From: Terrimicrobiaceae bacterium
GTDB lineage: Bacteria > Verrucomicrobiota > Verrucomicrobiia > Chthoniobacterales > Terrimicrobiaceae
NCBI GenBank assembly: GCA_044342325.1
Contig: JBIIPZ010000066.1
Span: 1 to 10,749 of the forward strand
Direction of reading: 5' to 3'
Length of the DNA: 10,749 nt
Shown here: piece by piece, positions 6,919-10,749 of the stretch
Layout: every line of letters starts with the position of its first letter
How positions within the stretch are numbered: position 1 is the first letter of the stretch
The notes under the pieces: model-generated
What the model saw: the letters and a program-made list of their open reading frames with translations, nothing else
Databases searched by the model: none
Told to the model about the DNA's origin: nothing
Program-made: the position numbers and the translations under genes

Positions 6919-8955
6919 ATGAAACCTGGACTGAACGAAACCACATCCATCGGCCGTGTCGGAGCCTACCGACCTTGGGCCGACACGGCCAATGCGATCC
7001 AACTCGCCACCTGTGTGGCACGGGATGTGGATTTTGAAACCGTGCACGGCCAGCGTATCGTTCATCTGGGCGGCCCGGTGCTTCCGCTCGCGCACAGCCG
7101 CCGGCACCTCTCCAGTGGATGGACCGGCCGGGCCTACGCCTACAGTTGGGAGGATGGCGGGTTCGACGCCTATCTTAACAGCACCCTTCCCGGCCCGCTC
7201 TTAATCCCGCATGGACGGGAATTCCATTTCCGCTTTGCCTTGAACAACGGCGCCCCGAGCCTGCGCTCCCTCGAAACAGGAGTCCAAGCCCATGCCTCCT
7301 GGACCAATCGCGACATGGGGCGTCTGGTCCTGGTCGAGAACTGGGGTGTCCCCACCCTGCTCGTATCGTCGTCGCCCATGACCGAATTGCGATGGGTTTC
7401 CCACAACTTTCTCGACATCCAGTTTGAGCAAGAACGGGCGAACCTGCTCTTCGTGCCTTTGTTGAAGATGGAGGATGTCCCTTCCGATCCGGAGGCGATC
7501 AGAGCATGGCTGCGCCTCGCCGAGAAGCCGCCCGTCCGCTGCCACGAGTCCTACGAGGTGTCGCCTGAAAAAGTGACAACGAGGCAACAGTTCTTTACGA
7601 CGGACGGCACCGCGACCCATCTCTCGCCGCTGCCTGCCATTCCCTCCTTCTCGCCGCTGCAATCGCAACCACCGCACCGCCGCCTGATCCACGGGCTCTA
7701 CGGGCCCTACAGTGTCACCGAAGGCGACCATGCGGAATACGAGATCGACATGCGCTGGGCCTCGGCCCGTCCGGAGCCATCCCGCAAGGTTGCGCCCGAG
7801 GGACTCGCGCCAATTCCGAGCGAACTGGCTTATGCAGGGGATGTCACCTGGGAACCTGGCACGCCGATGGACCAACTCCTCTCGCTGCGCATCTGGGCAC
7901 CGCTTGCCGGAGTCGTTCCTGAATCTGTCTGGGATAAACTCCGCCCTCAACTCACGCCGCCCTCGGCAGAGGCTTTCCGCGCCAGCCTCGCGCATATCAC
8001 CGAACCCGTCGGCGGACGCACATGGGCCAAGGAAGGCAAACTCTTCGAGGTGGCAGGCGATATTTCCTACGACAGCGATTGGTATAACGGCTTCGAGCTT
8101 TCCGGGCTCGGGCGTGCAGCCAACTGCGCCGACCCCGCCATCGCCGGCCCCGCCAAAGCTCTGGCCAAAGAAATACGCCCTGAACGCGCCGCGCTCCTCG
8201 CCTTTTTCGAAATCTTCCACGACTGGGAACTGGGCGCTGCTTGGTCAGATGCGTGCGGCGGAGGCTGGAACACCGACTGCTCGCACAACGGCCTGGAGGG
8301 ACTTCTCGCCGAAGCCCGCCTCCGCGAGGCGGAGGGTGACAAGGAAGGATCGGATTTTGTTTTCTATCTGGCAGCCAAAACCGCCTCGGCACTCATGGCG
8401 GCGGAGTGGATGCCGGACTACCTCGTCGACATCTCCTTTGTTCGACCTTACGACGGCACACCATGCTCGTTCTGGAACTTCGGCCCGGATACCCCCACCC
8501 CGCCTGCCGGCGCCCCCTTCCCTCCCGGCGAACTGCCGTGCGGCGTCGATGTGCTCTACAACACATCCGGAGCAAGCATCAAATCCGCGTCCTCAAAGAA
8601 TCCCTACTTCATTGCACCGCATTTCCCGGAGTTCAACGCGCTCCAGCGGGCGCACGGCCGCATAGACCGATATCGCGCCACAGCGGAAACATGGAAAGAA
8701 CACCACACGCACCGCTACACCGACTGGATCAAATTTTACTGCGGTGTCTCGGATCCGAGCCTCGACACATCGGCCATGCACTCCCAAGAGGCCAGAGTGC
8801 AGGCTGCCGTGATGTATCACCTCGCCCCCGATGTCTGCTTCCGCCTCTGGACGCTCGGAGAGGACCCCGATTCCATCGAAGCCTTATTCCAAACGCCGCT
8901 GAACCTCGCCGAGCAAATCCTCTGCAGGTCGGGAATGCAGCTCGTGCAGCCTTAA
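6919..8955 (+). CDS. Hypothetical protein, 678 aa, no evident signal peptide
   Basis: Long ORF with strong C/G-ending codon bias and an AT-rich upstream leader. The C-terminal half is helical-looking and rich in W/Y/D/E (DISYDSDWYNG, FHDWELGAAWSD, NTDCSHNGLEG). No family recognised. Confidence 0.85.
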   Translation: MKPGLNETTSIGRVGAYRPWADTANAIQLATCVARDVDFETVHGQRIVHLGGPVLPLAHSRRHLSSGWTGRAYAYSWEDGGFDAYLNSTLPGPLLIPHGREFHFRFALNNGAPSLRSLETGVQAHASWTNRDMGRLVLVENWGVPTLLVSSSPMTELRWVSHNFLDIQFEQERANLLFVPLLKMEDVPSDPEAIRAWLRLAEKPPVRCHESYEVSPEKVTTRQQFFTTDGTATHLSPLPAIPSFSPLQSQPPHRRLIHGLYGPYSVTEGDHAEYEIDMRWASARPEPSRKVAPEGLAPIPSELAYAGDVTWEPGTPMDQLLSLRIWAPLAGVVPESVWDKLRPQLTPPSAEAFRASLAHITEPVGGRTWAKEGKLFEVAGDISYDSDWYNGFELSGLGRAANCADPAIAGPAKALAKEIRPERAALLAFFEIFHDWELGAAWSDACGGGWNTDCSHNGLEGLLAEARLREAEGDKEGSDFVFYLAAKTASALMAAEWMPDYLVDISFVRPYDGTPCSFWNFGPDTPTPPAGAPFPPGELPCGVDVLYNTSGASIKSASSKNPYFIAPHFPEFNALQRAHGRIDRYRATAETWKEHHTHRYTDWIKFYCGVSDPSLDTSAMHSQEARVQAAVMYHLAPDVCFRLWTLGEDPDSIEALFQTPLNLAEQILCRSGMQLVQP

Positions 8956-9023
8956 AGGGAGACAAGCCAGCGGCATGGGGCGAAGGCATTGCCTGAACCA
9001 GAAAAGCCTTAAACAAACAAACT

Positions 9024-9390
9024 AGGGGTCAGGGTTCATTTTCTTTCATTCTTTCCGATATAAACCTCGTGAATTTTGCAGAAACCTTTTTCTCGATCAG
9101 GTATAAAGCCATGATGTGGATGGCCCTGCTTACATTTGCTGCATTTTTCATGCCCAGATACTCGGCAATGCATGATTGGGATACCTTTGTCTTTTTCCAC
9201 AGCAATCCTGCAAGCAGCACCTTTCACGGTTCGGTGAGCTATGCTCGGCCGATGGAGAGCGCGATATTGAGGTCCTCCTCGGCTGCCACTCCAGCAAAAC
9301 CAACAAGGACGTTGGCGCTCCCATGCCATCCGCAAGATTGGTTCTCGCGCCTCCAGACGAGCAAATATCAATAATTAATTCCTGACCCCT
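9024..9390 (-). mobile_element. Short non-autonomous (MITE-like) element with 10-bp inverted ends
   Basis: AGGGGTCAGG (9024-9033) and CCTGACCCCT (9381-9390) form a perfect inverted repeat, each followed inward by an AT-rich stretch. It encloses a transposase C-terminal remnant whose TGA lies inside the left repeat. Confidence 0.6.
9029..9235 (-). pseudogene. C-terminal HTH-like remnant of a probable Y1/HUH (RAYT-like) transposase
   Basis: LTEP*KVLLAGLLWKKTKVSQSCIAEYLGMKNAANVSRAIH...RMKENEP*. This resembles the C-terminal K...A..L...T.VS..WIA..LGM...ANVS pattern I associate with Y1 transposases of PVC bacteria. In-frame TGA and TAG upstream; no HUH catalytic domain is present. Confidence 0.55.
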
Positions 9391-9411
9391 TTGACCTCGG
9401 CGCAAGGGATC

Positions 9412-9461
9412 GGTATGAACGGGAACATCGGTTACACTTAAACCGAGCACATCGGTTACAC
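9412..9461 (+). repeat. IS481 terminal inverted repeat, downstream end
   Basis: GGTATGAACGGGAACATCGGTTACACTTAAACCGAGCACATCGGTTACAC: two ACATCGGTTACAC units with 24-bp period. Confidence 0.85.
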
Positions 9462-9463
9462 TT

Positions 9464-10684
9464 TCATGTTGATACTTGGCTTCCGTCGGTAGCGCAAGCT
9501 TTACTCTCCCAACGCTCGGCGTAGGCCGTAGGCCGGAGCCGAGCGTTGGGAGAGTCGTCGAGACTTCCAAGCTTCACATTTGCATAACGCACATGCAGTA
9601 ATCCGCTTTTTTCATCTCTTTCCACTGCGACATCCACTCCCCCAAATGACTCTCCTACATAGCAGTTTCTTCCGTTGAGTGCCACAAAGCCTGCAGCCGA
9701 TACGCTCTTGGTTTCTGTCCCCAAATCATAGAGATGCGGCTTGATGCGTTCATCCAGTCGCTTCGCCGAGGGGTGATAGACATCTGCCGGAACTCGCATC
9801 CCCAATGCCTCGTGCGGTCGCTCTTGGTTAAACTCCTTGCGCCAGCGATCAAATCGCTGCTGCTGTGCTCTCAGATTCGCACTCGGCGGCTTGCAGCACT
9901 CCGCTTTCATCGTCCGATGCATCCTCTCATGACTCCCGTTGTCCTGCGGACATGCCGGACGCGAAAACTGCACCTCAATGCCCAACCCTATCCACCAGAC
10001 ACTGAGCCGACTCAACCCTCCTGGCCCCATTGATGCAAATGGCGCTCCGTTGTCCACTCGGATGATCTCGGGAAGCCCTTTTCGGCGAAACAGCCCACGG
10101 AATGCAGCCTGCGTCCACTGCGTTGTTGCCTGCGTAAGGCCCTCTGCCATTAACAAATAACGGCTATGCAAATCCGTCACCGTCAACGGATCGCAGCGCT
10201 TCCCGTCCCCAGTCATAAACCACCCCTTAAAGTCCACTCCCAACACATGATTGCTGTGCTCAGGAACCGTCAGTGCTCCTCTCTCCACCTTGAATACCGC
10301 CCCGCGCCGCTTGCGGACTTCTACCATCCCATGCCTCTTGAGCACCTCTCCCACCGTGCTTACCGCCGGCAACCTCTCCATCCTGTGTTTTATCATCAAC
10401 ACCCTCTGGATCTTCTTTGGCCCCCATGTCATGTGTTGCCGCTTCTCACTCACGATCAGTCTCTCGACCTCTTCACTTGTCCGATTACTCACCTTCTTCG
10501 GCGCTCGACTCCTCTCCTCCAACCCCTTCATTCCTCCACCTGCATACCTCAATAGCCACTTGTGCCCTGTTTTACGCGTAATCCCGAACTCCTCGCTCAG
10601 CTCGCTCACCGTGAACCGACCGCTTTGCGCCAAATTAATAAATCGTTGTTTCTGTTCCATTGGTAACTCATTTTTCCAGGGCAT
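9464..10684 (-). CDS. IS481-family transposase (HTH + rve/DDE integrase core), 406 aa
   Basis: MPWK...MEQKQRF start with GGGGAG Shine-Dalgarno-like sequence just upstream. HTH (VSELSEEFGITRKTGHKWLLRY), WGPKKI, and catalytic D (GVDFKG), D (RVDNGAPF), E (QDNGSHERMHRTMK), followed by FNQERPHEALGM..P. Confidence 0.92.
   Translation of the reverse strand: MPWKNELPMEQKQRFINLAQSGRFTVSELSEEFGITRKTGHKWLLRYAGGGMKGLEERSRAPKKVSNRTSEEVERLIVSEKRQHMTWGPKKIQRVLMIKHRMERLPAVSTVGEVLKRHGMVEVRKRRGAVFKVERGALTVPEHSNHVLGVDFKGWFMTGDGKRCDPLTVTDLHSRYLLMAEGLTQATTQWTQAAFRGLFRRKGLPEIIRVDNGAPFASMGPGGLSRLSVWWIGLGIEVQFSRPACPQDNGSHERMHRTMKAECCKPPSANLRAQQQRFDRWRKEFNQERPHEALGMRVPADVYHPSAKRLDERIKPHLYDLGTETKSVSAAGFVALNGRNCYVGESFGGVDVAVERDEKSGLLHVRYANVKLGSLDDSPNARLRPTAYAERWESKACATDGSQVST
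9503..9555. repeat. Perfect 18-bp inverted repeat (hairpin) inside the transposase 3' end
   Basis: ACTCTCCCAACGCTCGGC (9503-9520) and GCCGAGCGTTGGGAGAGT (9538-9555), with 17-nt loop GTAGGCCGTAGGCCGGA. Confidence 0.9.
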
Positions 10685-10698
10685 ACTCCCCAGTCTAT

Positions 10699-10749
10699 GT
10701 GTAACCAATGTCCTCAGTCAGTTTGTAACCGATCTCCTCGGTTCATACC
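10699..10749 (-). repeat. IS481 terminal inverted repeat, upstream end
   Basis: Reverse complement reads GGTATGAACCGAGGAGATCGGTTACAAACTGACTGAGGACATTGGTTACAC, which aligns with 9412-9461 with one gap and has the same 24-bp internal period. Confidence 0.85.

Larger units (their letters stand above)
9412..10749 (-). mobile_element. IS481-family insertion sequence, 1338 bp if the visible repeats are the true ends
   Basis: Imperfect ~50-bp terminal inverted repeats at 9412-9461 and 10699-10749, both starting GGTATGAAC, enclosing a single DDE transposase ORF. Confidence 0.88.

Noticed and set aside
7201..8996. Long alternative ORFs (339 aa -, 317 aa +, 196 aa +)
   Set aside because: Typical stop-poor shadow frames of a GC-rich gene with biased composition.
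8948..9013. 9-bp direct repeat AGCCTTAAA (8948-8956 and 9005-9013) as an insertion footprint
   Set aside because: The 48 bp between them has no terminal repeats; chance is plausible.
9412..9461. 24-bp periodic repeats as a mini-CRISPR or iterons
   Set aside because: Only two units with no real spacers, mirrored at 10699-10749, so they are IS terminal repeats.

Overview
The window is a Verrucomicrobia-type locus, probably Chthoniobacterales-like (inferred from the gene families). Its core is an intact four-gene Verru_Chthon cassette (vccA-B-C-D, 579-6855, + strand) of prepilin-like proteins resembling a minor-pilin/pseudopilin set with a giant 1374-aa subunit. A co-oriented, GC-richer 678-aa protein of unknown function follows (6919-8955). 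Mobile-element debris lies on both sides. On the left, the 3' end of a putative transposase (1-107) abuts a decayed IS1380-like transposase pseudogene (108-428, -). On the right are a ~367-bp element with 10-bp inverted ends carrying a transposase C-terminal remnant (9024-9390) and an apparently intact IS481-family element (9412-10749) with GGT rather than TGT termini and a perfect 18-bp internal hairpin. Family assignments come from recognised motifs, not from searches.
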